DNA of 64,000 nucleotides from the human T2T-CHM13v2.0 reference genome, Homo sapiens. Below are positions 38,655 to 51,693 of this stretch, in pieces; position 1 is the stretch's first letter, and every line of letters begins with the position of its first letter. The DNA is taken from assembly GCF_009914755.1 (NCBI RefSeq), contig NC_060926.1. One strand, written 5' to 3'. Below the pieces are notes generated by a model. That model had not been told where the DNA came from. It saw nothing but the letters and a program-made list of their open reading frames with translations, and made no database searches. A program made the position numbers and the translations under genes.

Positions 38655-39380
38655 TGTGTCCGGAATTGGTTCCTTCCAGTGGGTTCCTGGTCTCGCTGAC
38701 TTCAAGAATGAAACCGTGGACCCTTGCCATCAGTGTTACAGTTCTTAAAAGATGGGGTGTCCAGAGTTTGCTCCTTCCAATGTTCAGATGTGTCTGAAGT
38801 TTCTTCCTTCCGATGGGTTCGTGGTCTCGCTTGACTTCAGGAGTGAAGCTGCAGACCTTTGCAGTGAGTGTCACAGCTCTTAAAGCTGGCGCCTCCAGAG
38901 TTGTTTGTTCCTCCCTGTGGGTCTGTGATCTCGTGGACTTCATGAGTGAAGCTGCAGACCTTCGCAGTGAGTGTTACAGCTCATAAAGGTAATGTGGACC
39001 CAAAGAGTGAGCAGCAGCAAGACTTATTGTGAAGAGCAAAAGAACAAACCTTCCACAGCATAGAAGGGGACAGCGCTACCGCTGCTGACTTGGGTAGCCA
39101 GCTTTTATTCCCTTATTTGGCCCCGCCCATGTCCTGCTGATTGGTCCATTTTACAGAGTGCTGATTGGTCCATTTTACAGAGTGCTGACTGGTGCATTTG
39201 CAAACCTTTAGCTAGACACAGAGCGCTGATTGGTGCATTTTTACAGAGTGCTGATTGGTGCATTTACAAACCTTCAGCTAGACACATAGCACTGATTGGT
39301 GTGTTTACAATCCTTTAGCTAGACAGAAAAGATCTCCAAGTCCCCACCTGACCCAGAAGCCCAGCCAGCTTCACCTCTCA
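38655..39380 (-). mobile_element. Complete LTR12 (ERV9) solo LTR with 4-bp TSD TAGG
   Basis: TG...CA termini (tgtgtccggaattgg / cacctctca), repeated ctgattggt and gaagctgcagacctt units, tagg on both flanks. Confidence 0.95.
39100..39302 (-). promoter_or_regulatory. LTR12 U3 promoter: CCAAT (NF-Y) array plus AATAAA TATA-like box
   Basis: Five intact gattggt and one mutated gactggt at 39139-39300; ttttattccctta at ~39103. Promoter function is established for the LTR12 family, not shown for this copy. Confidence 0.65.
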
Positions 39381-39384
39381 TAGG

Positions 39385-39715
39385 TAAAGGAGCAGCATAA
39401 GCATAAGTAAAGAAAATGCAAGTATTGGAACTAATCAGCAAATTGATCAGTGTGGATTTGGGTAGGAAAGTGATAAGAGACAAAGCAAGAAAGATAGGTT
39501 GTGGCCATGCCATCATTAGAATCCCAGGTTGAGAAATCTGCCTTTCATCTGGAAGGAAATCAATAACTATTGAGGATATTGAGCAGGAGAAAAGTGACAT
39601 GAATGGGGATCTATTTTAGGAGATTAATCTGGTTGTATAATGTGGAATTAATGTAGAGAGTATTGCTCACAGGTTAGGAAACCATTTATAAGACTATTTT
39701 AGTAACCTATAAAAG
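39385..39715 (-). mobile_element. L2 fragment next to the LTR12
   Basis: tattgagcaggagaaaagtgacatgaat...ttttaggagattaatctgg. Confidence 0.55.
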
Positions 39716-40570
39716 AGGCCTTCTGTTCCTGTGAAGATACAAATTCTAAAGTGTAAATGTACTATTGAAATCATTTCTACAATCCTGAAATCAAAGAAAG
39801 TTATCTGTTTCTTTGTATGTATACAAAGTTGTTTCAATATCACTTAAAGGTATTTATTTTTATAAAATAATACCAAGATATATCTTATCACTGAAGTTTT
39901 GGTCCACTGTCTTTCAGTACACCCAGCTATGACTTTAATATATGCTTTCCATGTAACAAACAACTGAAGAAACTAATTGAGTGACATAATAGTTGCTGAA
40001 TTAATCTGGAGTATGGTATCTGATTATTTGATTATTTCTTAAGTATTACTTGTAAGCTTAAGGCTCAAAATATGTCAGTGGAAAACATACAGGACCATCT
40101 GTTATTTCAAAGTCATAATGTGAAGTGCCCATCATAATCTGATTAAAAGTCCTAAATAACAAGAATGATGGTCTCCTAGACAGAGTAATTCTAATTAACC
40201 TTATAAAAATGAGATTTGTACAGTGTGTGGAAAATTAAGGATATAAACAACCATTAAAGGAAAAACCTAATCACGTTATAATAATTATATGCAATGGACA
40301 CAATAGGCAATAGTCACATAGCACTACCATATTTTAAATGCCATCATAAATAATACAAAATGATAATGTCTTATGGTGCTATTATTCAAAATAATATTTT
40401 ATGTTATTCTTTTAAATAGCCATATAAGTTGCTTTATTAACATGAGATTTAAATTTGTACCCTGTAGTTTGGTTTTTTTTTTTAAAAAGAGTAGTCTGGA
40501 CATTCAGCTAAATTACATTGGAATATAAATAAATAAAGTAAAAATCAGTAATTACTTATAGTAGGGTTTT

Positions 40571-40618
40571 ACACACACATACACACACACAGATAGATAG
40601 ATACATACATACATATAT
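40571..40618. repeat. Compound (CA)n(GATA)n(CATA)n microsatellite
   Basis: Visible directly. Confidence 0.85.
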
Positions 40619-40764
40619 CTTTAAGCTGGAACAAGAATAGGAAGAAAGAAAAAGAATATTTTGTTTAGTTCTGCATAGAGTTGTATTTGTTTTCATGCTT
40701 AATAACTGGCCATCGTAGCAATAAAAGCAAGCATAGTGTTTCAGAACTTTCACTCTGACAATAG

Positions 40765-40955
40765 GAAGAGTTGAGTTCCTGTGTGACTTTGGCAAGCTTC
40801 TTCATGAGTTCAAGGCTCAGATTTTTCACCTATTATAATGATACTCTTTACTCTGAGTTCCAAGAGTTGTTGATGGGTTTAAATGTGCTTATGAACTTGG
40901 TGCTTGCCATTGTAGGTATACTACATATTAAATAAATGATAGCTATTGTTTTTAT
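40765..40955 (+). mobile_element. MIR SINE
   Basis: ctgtgtgactttggcaagcttcttc...ctcagatttttcacctattataatg. Confidence 0.65.
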
Positions 40956-41635
40956 TATAATTATTACTTCCTATCTGAGGTTTTATCCTTTAATGATTGC
41001 ATTTTGAGATGTAATAAATATGGAAAAGAGAGAACTGAAAATAAAGAGTAATAATATAATTACCACTTCCCATCCCCCTCCCACCTGCCTATGCAAGCAC
41101 TGGCTTAGGAGGAATGTCTACATTAGTCAATTATTATTGTAACTCATGGCCTTTAATGGGCTCTTAAAGGTCATATTATGGAGGCTATTATTAGGATACA
41201 AGGCCAAAAGGTCCTCAGAGGGTCCATGTCTCGGGGGTTCCTACAAACACTCATCAGAACCTCTGGGCTTTGAAGCCCCCATGGAAGGCTTTCTGCTTAC
41301 TAGAAACCTTTGTGAATGTGGTGTCTTCAGAAATATCTGACTTACATGTTTCTTTGAAGCCTCTTTTACAATATGATGCTACATTTAGTGTTTTATTTAC
41401 AACTTTAAGGAGGTATTTTTGCTAAGACACTGTTTGCATAAACATGTAATGGAGAGAGAAATAATTGTGTAGGCCTGAAAGTCAATTTTGACCACACTAG
41501 CCCTACTTTGCTTGATCTAGATAATTACTCTACTCAAATGGTGTTTATTAGAAAATTTCATTAGTCAGCATATACTATTCCCTGCCTCAAAGATGATATT
41601 TTTATTTCCCATTGTAATCTCATGGTAATTGTCCA

Positions 41636-41658
41636 TATATATATATATATATATATAT
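41636..41658. repeat. (TA)n microsatellite
   Basis: Visible directly. Confidence 0.9.
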
Positions 41659-44010
41659 GTTTTTAATTTCACATGGATTGGGTAGTTTGTAGAAAATTTC
41701 TTAGTCATATCAAAAATATGTAGAAACAATGAGCCTATAGCAGGTTAAAATGCATGCCCCATTTGTTGATATATATTTTTGTTTAACAATCATAGAACCA
41801 CCCCAACTCTCAGATGATTCTTTGTTTTTCCTTGTATAATATGCTTCACAGACTGATATGCAGGAGTGAGTCTAGTCAGATACCTATCCTCTGCATCTCA
41901 AAGTGGCCTTATTTCTCTTCTCTGGTATCAAGCATGGTAGAAATTGTCAAGAAGTGATAAAAATATGTTCTTTTGAAAAAAATTACCTGATTCTCTAAAT
42001 CAAGTTTTAGTGCTAAAGACAGAAGTAAAGAGAAAGCAAAGTGGTTTTTTGTTTGTCTTAGTTTTTATTTTAGAGTGAATACTGAACTTATAAACTATTC
42101 AGGGGACAGATTGCTGAATGCCATGACACCTTTGAAGAATGTGTCCACAAAAGAAAAATTGAATAGGGAGTCTGCTTTGATCAGTAGAAACACCTTATTA
42201 AATACTCTTATTTTATTTAATCACAATTTGGTCAACTTCAGTTGATTGTAGCTTAAGTATATGCACAGAATGATTAGAATTCTATACGGACATGTGCTTT
42301 TATTTTTTTAAAAGGCACCAGTAAAGAGAAGCAATGTGAGATGAAGTCAACAGTTTACAAATTAATCTTTATTACAAGTAAGAGCAGGTTGATAAACTTC
42401 AAACTTTGAGAAGTTTGGCTTTTTTGCATAAATACAGAGTTAATAGAAGGGGCAGCATCAGCTGACCAAATTGCTATACAAGGATTTTCACTGAGAACTA
42501 AAAATTCATAGAGGAGAAATATTAGTGTAAGGAAAATGTCTTGGAAAAAGATGAAACTGACCTATAATGCAAAAAAAAGCAGAGGGGTGGGGGGTGGCTT
42601 TCAGAACATCCATAGCCAAGAATGAGAAGCATGGGTAGGATTTCAGGTAGCCCTGGATGGATGGGAGTGTATTTGATGGGAGCACAGCAAGCTTTGAGAC
42701 TAAGCAGTATTTATTCTACCATAAAAACTCCAGGCCATTGAGGTGCAAGACAATAATTCTTTGACTATATTTAGTCAGTCAAACAAAAATCCAGGAGCAG
42801 GGCAAGACTAGCTGAACTGTTTCTAATAAAGTTGGTGTTCTAGTGGCATTCATAAATTTACAGTGTTTGAAGGTCTCAGCCCGTAGTCTTTGCACATGTA
42901 AAGGGCCTACTCTGTTTACCTTCAAATATATTTGTCATGTTGTATTTTTAAAAATCTAGACTTGCTTTCAGATGGTGGATAACTTATATTTAATTGGTCT
43001 CACTCTTAAGCGATAAATATATTTAGTGAAGGCTTTTGGTTACTCATCTTTGAACCAGATATACTGACCATAGTTCTCCTAAGTAGATGCCCATTAATTT
43101 CAGGTCAAATTGAAATTTAATTTAGAAATGTGCACTGCTCTAATTCCATGATCTAAGTCAGTGGCAACAGGTAAAAATATATATTCAGAAATACATTTTA
43201 AAGGTATCTTCCATTTATTTCCTAAAAGCAGTGCACAGAATTATTTTAAGGGGCAACAATTCCCTCCCTGATATCTCCCTAAACTTGTTTATTACTGGAA
43301 TGAAATGGCACCAAAAGGAGAGGCTGATATCAAGGTTGACATTTGTAGGACATGAGATCTACAGATTTAACTGCACATGATGTACCTTTACTCTATGAAG
43401 TGCATAGACAGTGTTTCAAATGAGTAAAAAGCAGTCATGATGTGAAATGTGTCTTGAGAATCAGCAGTGAATGTTTTTTACACATATTTTCAAAAAGTTC
43501 TGTTTTCTCATACAATGTGTTAATTAGCAATGATCAAATTTTTTCTTTGCTTCAGTGTGATTGTCCATAAAGTGTCCATGAAGTGGTAAATACATTGAGT
43601 CCATGTAGTGGAAAATACATTGACTTAATATTTTTTCAGATTCTTCCTAAATGGCACAAGTGACCTAGCAAAAAATATTATTTTGATAAAAATAAATATA
43701 TTTTTGATAACAATAATTGTTTCCATAATAATGTATTTAGGTGTCATTCTTTGTGATGATGTAAAATAAGAAAGTGAATAACTGAAGACTACTTAAATAT
43801 AACAATTATAAATGAATAGGGGATAACCGAAATATGTTAAGGGTAGGTCAAAAGTTGATCTCTGGAAAAATGACTTTAACTTCTTCTCTATGGCTCAATT
43901 GGTTAATGAGACATTACTTTGGAAGTTTCTTGGACATAATTGAAATGGAAGCATCATACTACCTTGACAGTCAGTACTGAATTTTGTCTTTGTGGTTTTC
44001 TCCTCCAAGG

Positions 44011-44024
44011 TTCTGTTTTGTTTT

Positions 44025-44057
<33 letters not shown>
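44011..44057. repeat. (GTTTT)n plus poly-T tract
   Basis: Visible directly. Confidence 0.85.
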
Positions 44058-44200
44058 GGTGGTGGCATATAGGTAGTCAGAACAGCTTCAAATGAAGCCA
44101 GCTAATAAATTTGTTTTGTGTGTGAATCTAACATCATTAGAAAAGCATTGATTTCACCTAATAACTAGATAGGAAATTCAAGTTCAAACTATAAGCTTTT

Positions 44201-45942
44201 CTGAAGTGTGTTTTCCAACTGCTCAAGGAAGTCAGAGAGGACACAAACAGATGGAAAAACATTCCATGCTCATGGATATGAAGAATCAATATCATGAAAA
44301 TGGCAATACTGCCCAAAGCAATTTATAGATTCAATGCTATTACCATTATACTACCATTGACATTCCTCAATGAATTAGAAAAAAAGTATTTTAAAATTCA
44401 TATGGAACCAAAAAAGAGGTCATATAACAAGGACAATCCTAAGCAAAAAGAACAAAGCTGGAGGCATCATGCTACCCAACTTCCAACTATACTACAAGGC
44501 TACAGTAACCAAAACAGCATGGTACTGGTACAAAAACAGGCACATAGACCAATGAAATGGAGTAGAAATCTCAGAAATAAAACTGCACATCTACGACCAT
44601 CTGATCTTCAACAAACCTGACAAAAACAAGCAATGGGGAAGGGATTCCCTATTCAATAAATGATGCTGGGAGAACTGGCTAGACATATGCAGAAGAGTGA
44701 AACTGGACCCCTTCCTTGCACCATATACAAAAATTAACTCAGGATGGATTAAAGACTTAAATGTAAAACCCAAAACTATAAAATTCCTGGAAGACAACCT
44801 AGGCAATACCATTCAGAACACAGGCACAGGCAAAGATTTCATAACAAAGATGCCAAAAGCAATTGCAACAAAAACAAAAATTGACAAATGAAATCCAATT
44901 AAACTAAAGAGCTTCTGCACAGCAGAAGAAACTATCAACAGAGTAAACAGACAACCTACAGAATGGGAGAAAATTTTTGCAATCTATGCATCTGACAAAG
45001 GTCTAATATCCAGCATCTGTAAGGAACTTAAACAAATGTACAAGAAAAAAACAAACAACCCCATTAAAAGTTGATCAAGGATATGAACAGACACTTCTCA
45101 AAAGAAGACATACATGTGGCCAACAATCATATGAAAAAAAAAAGTCTTGACATCACTGATCATTAAAGAAATGCAAATCAAAACTACAATGAGATACCAT
45201 CTCATACAAGTCAGAATGGCCCTTACTCAAAAGTCAAAAAATAACAGATATTGGTGACGTTGTGGAGAAATAGAAATGCTATTACATTGTTGGTGGGAAT
45301 GTAAATTAGTTCAACCATTGTGGAAGACAGTGTGGTGATTCCTCAAAGATTTAGAACTGGAAATACTATTTGACCCAGCAATCCCATTACTGAGTATATA
45401 CCCAAAGGAATATAAATCATTCTATTGTAAAAATACATGCACACATATGTTCATTGCAGCACTACTCACAATAGCAAAGACATAGAATCAACCCAAATAC
45501 CCATCAAGGATAGACTGGACAAAGAAAATGTAGTACACATATACCATGGGATACTATGCAGCCATAAAAAAGAACAAGATCATGTCCTTTGAAGGAACAT
45601 GGATGGAGCTGGAAGCCATTCTCCTCAGCAAACTAATGCAGGAACAGAAAACAAAACACCACTTCTCACTTTTAAGTGGGAGCTGAACAGTGAGAAGACA
45701 TGGATGCAGGGAGGGGAACAACACACACTGGGGCCTGTTGGGGGAGGGAGGCAAGGTGAGAGCATTAGGAAAAATAGCTAATGCATGCTGGGCTTAATAC
45801 CTAGGTAATGGGTTGATGGGTGCAGCAAACCACCATGGCACACATTTACCTATGTAACAAATCTGCACACCCTGCACATGTACCCCAGAACTTAAAATTA
45901 AAAAATAAATGAAAACAAATAACCAAATTTAAAATTAAAAAA
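44201..45942 (+). mobile_element. 5'-truncated older L1PA with a short 5' inversion; broken ORF2 C-terminal half, 3' UTR and tail
   Basis: ORF2 peptides [14 protein letters not shown] and [17 protein letters not shown] aaactata(a/t)gcttt at ~44186-44199 and ~45942-45955. Confidence 0.93.
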
Positions 45943-46121
45943 AACTATATGCTTTCAAAAGAAATATTTACATCTGGAAAATCACCCAGTTGATTGTTTT
46001 AATGCATGTATGAATGTCCTTTGACAGCTTTTAAGATGTTTCTTCTTTATATTGTATGCTTCTAGGAATAATGTTTCCTGTTGAGTATTTCAAAATGATA
46101 TAATTTAGATTATTCTTCATC

Positions 46122-46160
46122 TTTGGAAGGCAGCTATGCTTACCACTATACCAACAACGC
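46122..46160 (-). pseudogene. Tailless retropseudogene of the 5' half of tRNA-Gly(TCC)
   Basis: Minus strand GCGTTGTTGGTATAGTGGTAAGCATAGCTGCCTTCCAAA is nearly identical to the tRNA-Gly-TCC 5' end through the anticodon. Exact 16-nt TSD tagattattcttcatc. Confidence 0.9.
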
Positions 46161-46177
46161 TAGATTATTCTTCATCA

Positions 46178-46930
46178 TTCATTCTATGACTAGGTTGAGC
46201 ACCATCAACATAGGGCCTTTATTCCACTTATTGTTGCAACCCCAGGGCCTGAAACACCACCTGGAGCATAGAAGACATTTAACTGGATGATAGTTGTTTT
46301 GGAACTATATAATCTTTGCAGATGTAGAATCTTCAAAATGCTAGTTCCTGGCCAAAATGAAAGATCCTTTATAAACATCTATGAAAATTTCAGATTGCAG
46401 TTTGCACATGCTCTTAAAATAATATCAAGAGTTAAACTCTGGGTTCTACTTTAATCATTCCAAAATAGCTGTTACCATGATTACAAATTAATAGTCAAAT
46501 CTTGTGGCACAGTTTTTGTACTCATTCTAATTGAACTCATTTCCTCCATTGATACTTTAGTGCATCCATCTTAAAACCCCATCATTTTTTTCTATTCTCT
46601 CTTGGTTCACCTCCCTGTTTTGCAGCTTCTTGGCTGATTCCTACAACTCTGTAGGTCCTTGTAAGCGTAATTTCCAGAGGCTTATTCTTTTCTTTTCTTT
46701 TCTTTATTTTCCTCTTGCATTATGAATTTTAGCTAAAGCACTTTGTCTCATGTTTCAGCTGCTATATTTATGTTTGTGATTCTTTAATCTGCACTTTAAG
46801 CTATCTTCTCTTTCCTAAGATACAAACCCATACTTTTATGCTAATGTTCTACAGCACCTCAAACTTGGTAAGTTCAAAATAAGCTTATTTTTTTCTTCCC
46901 CAAACATGTTCTTACTCCTTTATTCGTTAT
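46178..46930 (+). mobile_element. L2 fragments
   Basis: cccagggcctgaaacaccacctggagcatagaagacatttaac (3' end) and cacctcaaacttggtaagttcaaaataagctt (internal). Confidence 0.5.
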
Positions 46931-47199
46931 TTTAGCTGTGTGTAAATGAGTTTAGTGTTGAGTATGAAAACTGTTTTGTTGTGTTAGGCTGGATAGCAGA
47001 GAGGGGATGAGCTATTATTCATAGCAGTGCCAGGAATGAAATATTCCTTAGTGAATATAAATTAACTTTTCTTCAATTTTTAAAATCGGAACAGTTTGGA
47101 TTTTTTTAGATGCTAATATTGGGACATATGGAGTAAGATGGCATATTGACACTGCTCACAGGACCACACTTCAGAACACAAACCTACTGAAAATAAAGA

Positions 47200-47511
47200 A
47201 GAAAACATAATGTCAAACAATCTATCAGTAGCATTCCAACAACAAAAGTAGCAAATGTGAGAAGTGAACCTGTATATCAACACATGCTCTCTCAACTGCA
47301 GTAGGAGGAGTAGAGAATGGGTACTGGGCACCTGCAATTAAACGCTTCTACCCAGAAGTGGCACGCATCATATCTATCATGCTAACATTTTACTGGTCAA
47401 ATTATTGCATATAGCCCTATCTAACTGAAAAGAAATGGAGAAATACAATCTATCCATATGCTCAGAAATAGAGAAGAACTGGATATCATCAATAGTAGTA
47501 ATATGTGCCAC
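47200..47511 (-). mobile_element. MaLR LTR (late MLT1 type)
   Basis: cttctacccagaagtggcacgcatc...atatgctcagaaatagagaagaactggat...tgccaca. Confidence 0.6.
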
Positions 47512-47528
47512 AGCATATTTCCAATTAA

Positions 47529-47563
47529 ACACACACACACACACATACACACACACACACACA
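47529..47563. repeat. (CA)n microsatellite
   Basis: Visible directly. Confidence 0.9.
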
Positions 47564-48929
47564 GTCCTACTTACACTTCTCCAGGAACATTCAGGATGAA
47601 GGAAGTGGTTAGGAAGGAGAAAGGAGAAGGGAAAATACAAAGTTTAGTAAATAATAGCATTCCCAGAATATCAGTTCTAGAAAAGTAGTCCCACCTTCCA
47701 TGAAGCTGAGCTAATAAATAAAAAATTATAAGATTTTACCACGCATTTTCTCTAGTTAAAGAGCAGATGAGAAAACGAGGATCAGTAATGATCCAGATCT
47801 ATCACAAAAACAAATGAGAACATAAATATAAAACCTGCTAAATAAGATAGTAGCTTCAGGAGAAAAAGCAGGTGGGACACCATAAATAACATATTCCCCG
47901 CAGAGCTGAAAGTTCTCTGGTCAAAATCCATAAGATTTGCCTACCTTTGCTGACCTTTATCTGGAAGCAGAGTAGGAGAATATTCTGTGCGGAAAAGAGT
48001 AAATAGAGTGGGGAAAGATAGCCTATGAGAATTTGTTCTAGCAAACTCAAGTAGCAAGAATGTCAAATACCGGAAACTGTCCTCATAGGTGGGCTGGAGG
48101 AGAGCTATTTTGCCTGCTTTCCCTATTACCTCTTCCCAAATCGTCTAGGTAATATGTCCACCCAGAGTTGGGGAAACACATTTATGGCAACAGATCTGAT
48201 AACCTACATGAAAAGTATACATTATATGAAAAACACAACTTACCCAAAAAGAAATAAGAAATTAGCCCTGTATGTATTAAAGAATTGGAATTCATTATAT
48301 ATATTTTAATCCCACAAAGAAAATGCTAGGATTAGCTGATGTCAACAGTGAATTCTTTCCATTTAAGAAAAAGAACAATACCAATCTTATAAAAATTATT
48401 TTGGAAAATAGAGGTGAAAAAATAATTCCCAAATTATTTTATGAGAACAACATAACATAAAAGCTTAATGAAGACACTGCAAATAAATAAATTTACAGAA
48501 TAATATCCCTCATAAACATAGGCCCAACAATGCTTAACAAAATATTAGCAAATTAAATTTAGTAATATATAAAAAGGGTAATATATCATGATCAAGTAGT
48601 GTTTGTCCTAGAAATTTCAAGTTGTTTTAATACATGAAAATCATGTTAAGAGAACAAAAGAGACTGGCTATATGATCATTTCAGAAGGTGTAGAAAAGCA
48701 TTTGACAAAAATCAACACCCATTCATTAAAAAAAAAATCAATGAAAACCATGAATAGAAGAAAACCTCCTCAACCTGTAAAGCATACCTACAAAAAAAAA
48801 AACAAACAAAAAAAAACCATAGCTAGCATCATACTTAACGGCAAAAAAAATTAGAAATAAGTCAAGGATAGGCAAGAAATAAATATATCTGTTTGCATTT
48901 TCAGATGATATTGTTTATGTAGAAAATCA

Positions 48930-49230
<301 letters not shown>

Positions 49231-49449
49231 TCAATTGTATTTGTATATGCTAGCAGCAAACAATTGAAGAATGAAATAAATTCATTTATCATGATGTCAA
49301 AAATATAAAATAGCTAGAAATAAATTTAACAAAAGATATTTAAGAACTTCTACCCTAAAAACTATAAAATATTATGATGGAATCTAAAAACAACACAAAT
49401 GGAGATATGTACCATGTTCCTGGATTGGCAGATTCGTATTATTAAGATA

Positions 49450-49622
49450 CAGTTTATTTTAAAGTATTATATCAATGCTAATTTCCTGGACTTAATAATT
49501 GTAATACAGTGATGTGAGATGTTTGTATTAGGAGAAGCTAGGTTAAGAGGCATGTGGGAATTCTGTCAAATTTTTGTGAATTTCCTATAACATTAAAAAT
49601 ATTTCAAAATAAAAAGTTTTTA
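49450..49622 (+). mobile_element. L1MC4-like 3' end fragment
   Basis: tattatatcaatgctaatttcctgg...atttcaaaataaaaagtttt. Confidence 0.6.
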
Positions 49623-51693
49623 AAATGTCAATTATCTCAAAATTGATTGATAGATTCAATGCAGACCATTTATAATCCCATAGACTTTTTTTAGAAATTA
49701 AATTGGTTCTAAAATTTACATGAAATTCGAAGCACTTAAAATATTTAAAGCAATCTTGACAAAAGGAACATAGTTGGAGGATTTACACCACCTGATTCCA
49801 AGACCTGCTATTAAAGCTACAGTAATCAAGACAGTGTGGCTCTGCCATAAGGATAGACAAATAGACAAATGGAACAGAAGAGAGAGCCCAGACATAAATC
49901 CACAGTTATACAGTTATTTGCTTTTTGACAAAGGCACCAAAGCAGTCCAAATGAGAAAAAAAAAAATGTATTTTTAGCACATGGTGTTGAAATAACTGGC
50001 TACTGATATGGGGAAAAAAAAAAAAACAACTTCAGGCCCAAACTTATACCATACATACAAATACATTTGAGATGGAACACAGATCTAAACATAAATCTAA
50101 AACAGTACAGCTTTTAAAGAAAAATATAAGAGTCGATATTCAGGGCTTGGGGGTAGGTGAAGATTTCTTAGGCAGCAAAAATCAATAACTATAAGATAAA
50201 TAATTGATAATTTAGACTTTGTCAAAGTTAAAAACTCTCCCACTAGTTATAAGACACCATCAACTTTCAATAAAAGTAGCAGTCAATCCACAGAGCATGA
50301 GGAAATATTCGCAAAATATATATCTGACAAAGGAATAGTATCTAGGAAAACTAAAGAACTACTACAAAACAAAAATAAAGAGATAAACTACCCAGTAATA
50401 AATAGCCAAAACATTTAAACAGATATACAAATGGCCCATAGCTCTTGAAAAACTGCTACACATCATTAATAACCAGGGAACTGCACACTAAACCACAATG
50501 AAATACCAATACACATCCACCAGAATGGTTAAATCAGAAACTGACACCCACAAGTATGGTGAGGATGTAGAACATCAAGATACCCATGCAACTCTGGAAA
50601 AATAAATCTAAAACTAAACGTATACACACCCTATAACCAGCAATTTAACTCCCAAGCATTTACCTTAGATAAATTAAAACATTAACAAAAAAACTTGTAC
50701 AAGAATACTCACAGCAGCTTTAGCTATATTCATAGTAGCAAAAAACTGGAAACAGCTCAGTTGTTCCTCGATAGGAGAATGGGTAAACTGTGGTATATTC
50801 ATAGAATGGAATATCACTCAGCAGCAAAAAAGAGCAAAGTAGTACCACATGCAACAACATGGATGAATCTCAAAAACATTATGTGTGTTAAGAAAAATTT
50901 ACACAGATGAGCACATTTTATTTGATTCCAACAATATAAGATTCTAGAACTGAAAATGATTCTCTATGGAGGAAAAAATTAGAACAGTGGTTTCCACTGG
51001 GAGTTTAAGGGCAGAGATTGACAAATATTGAGCCCTTGCGAATCATATGTGTATTGAAATATTTAGGAGGGACTGAACTGATGTCTGCAATTTAATTTGA
51101 AATGCATAAAAAATAAGATGAAATACTGAATGAATAGAGAAATTAATAGAAGGATGGAAATGTAATAAAGCCAGCATAATTGTCATTAATTGCATGTAGT
51201 AGGTAGGTATATGGGTGTTTACTGTAAAATTAATTCTTTCAACTTTGCTGCTTGTTTGAAATTTTTCTTCGAAGTTTTTGGGATTTAAAAGAATCAACTA
51301 TCCATAGTTGGCTAATTGCAATAACTGGTGACTAAAAATCACACCCCAATACTACAAGTCAGTGTAATTTCCCAAAACACTCTGATTCAGGAGAAGCAGG
51401 TTAAGTAGGAGTAGGCTCAGCAATGCTACTGAAAGGTGCCACCAATAAACAGTGACCATCATTATCTTGATGTGGAGTATCAAGAGGCATTTCAAAGTGG
51501 GGTAGCAGCAAGTGTTTCTCTATCCTCTCTTCTCCCCCTGCCTCCTCTTCTACTTTCTATTTGTACTGACAAGTGTCCAGGCCAAAGCAAGCAGTCAGGA
51601 TAGGAATATTAATTTATTTGTGAGGACAGTAGTATTAGGGGGAGAAAAAGAGGAGCACATGCAAAGACATGATATGCTATCATTTAAAATCCC

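Noticed and set aside
38700-39320. Regularly spaced repeats resembling a repeat-spacer (CRISPR-like) array
   Set aside because: These are the intrinsic U3 and U5 tandem units of LTR12 in eukaryotic DNA; there are no unique spacers and no cas genes.
43574-43623. 25-bp tandem duplication gtccatg(a/t)agtgg(t/a)aaatacattga
   Set aside because: Ordinary two-copy slippage duplication; similar small ones occur at ~2828-2865, ~25322-25370 and ~35198-35226.
44011-44060. Long poly-T as a possible orphan retrocopy tail
   Set aside because: No recognisable body or TSD; treated as a simple repeat.
44294-44891. ORFs of 108 and 64 aa
   Set aside because: L1 ORF2 remnants with frameshifts and stops.
46122-46160. 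Functional tRNA gene
   Set aside because: Lacks the T arm, B box and 3' acceptor strand, so it cannot form a tRNA; kept only as a pseudogene.
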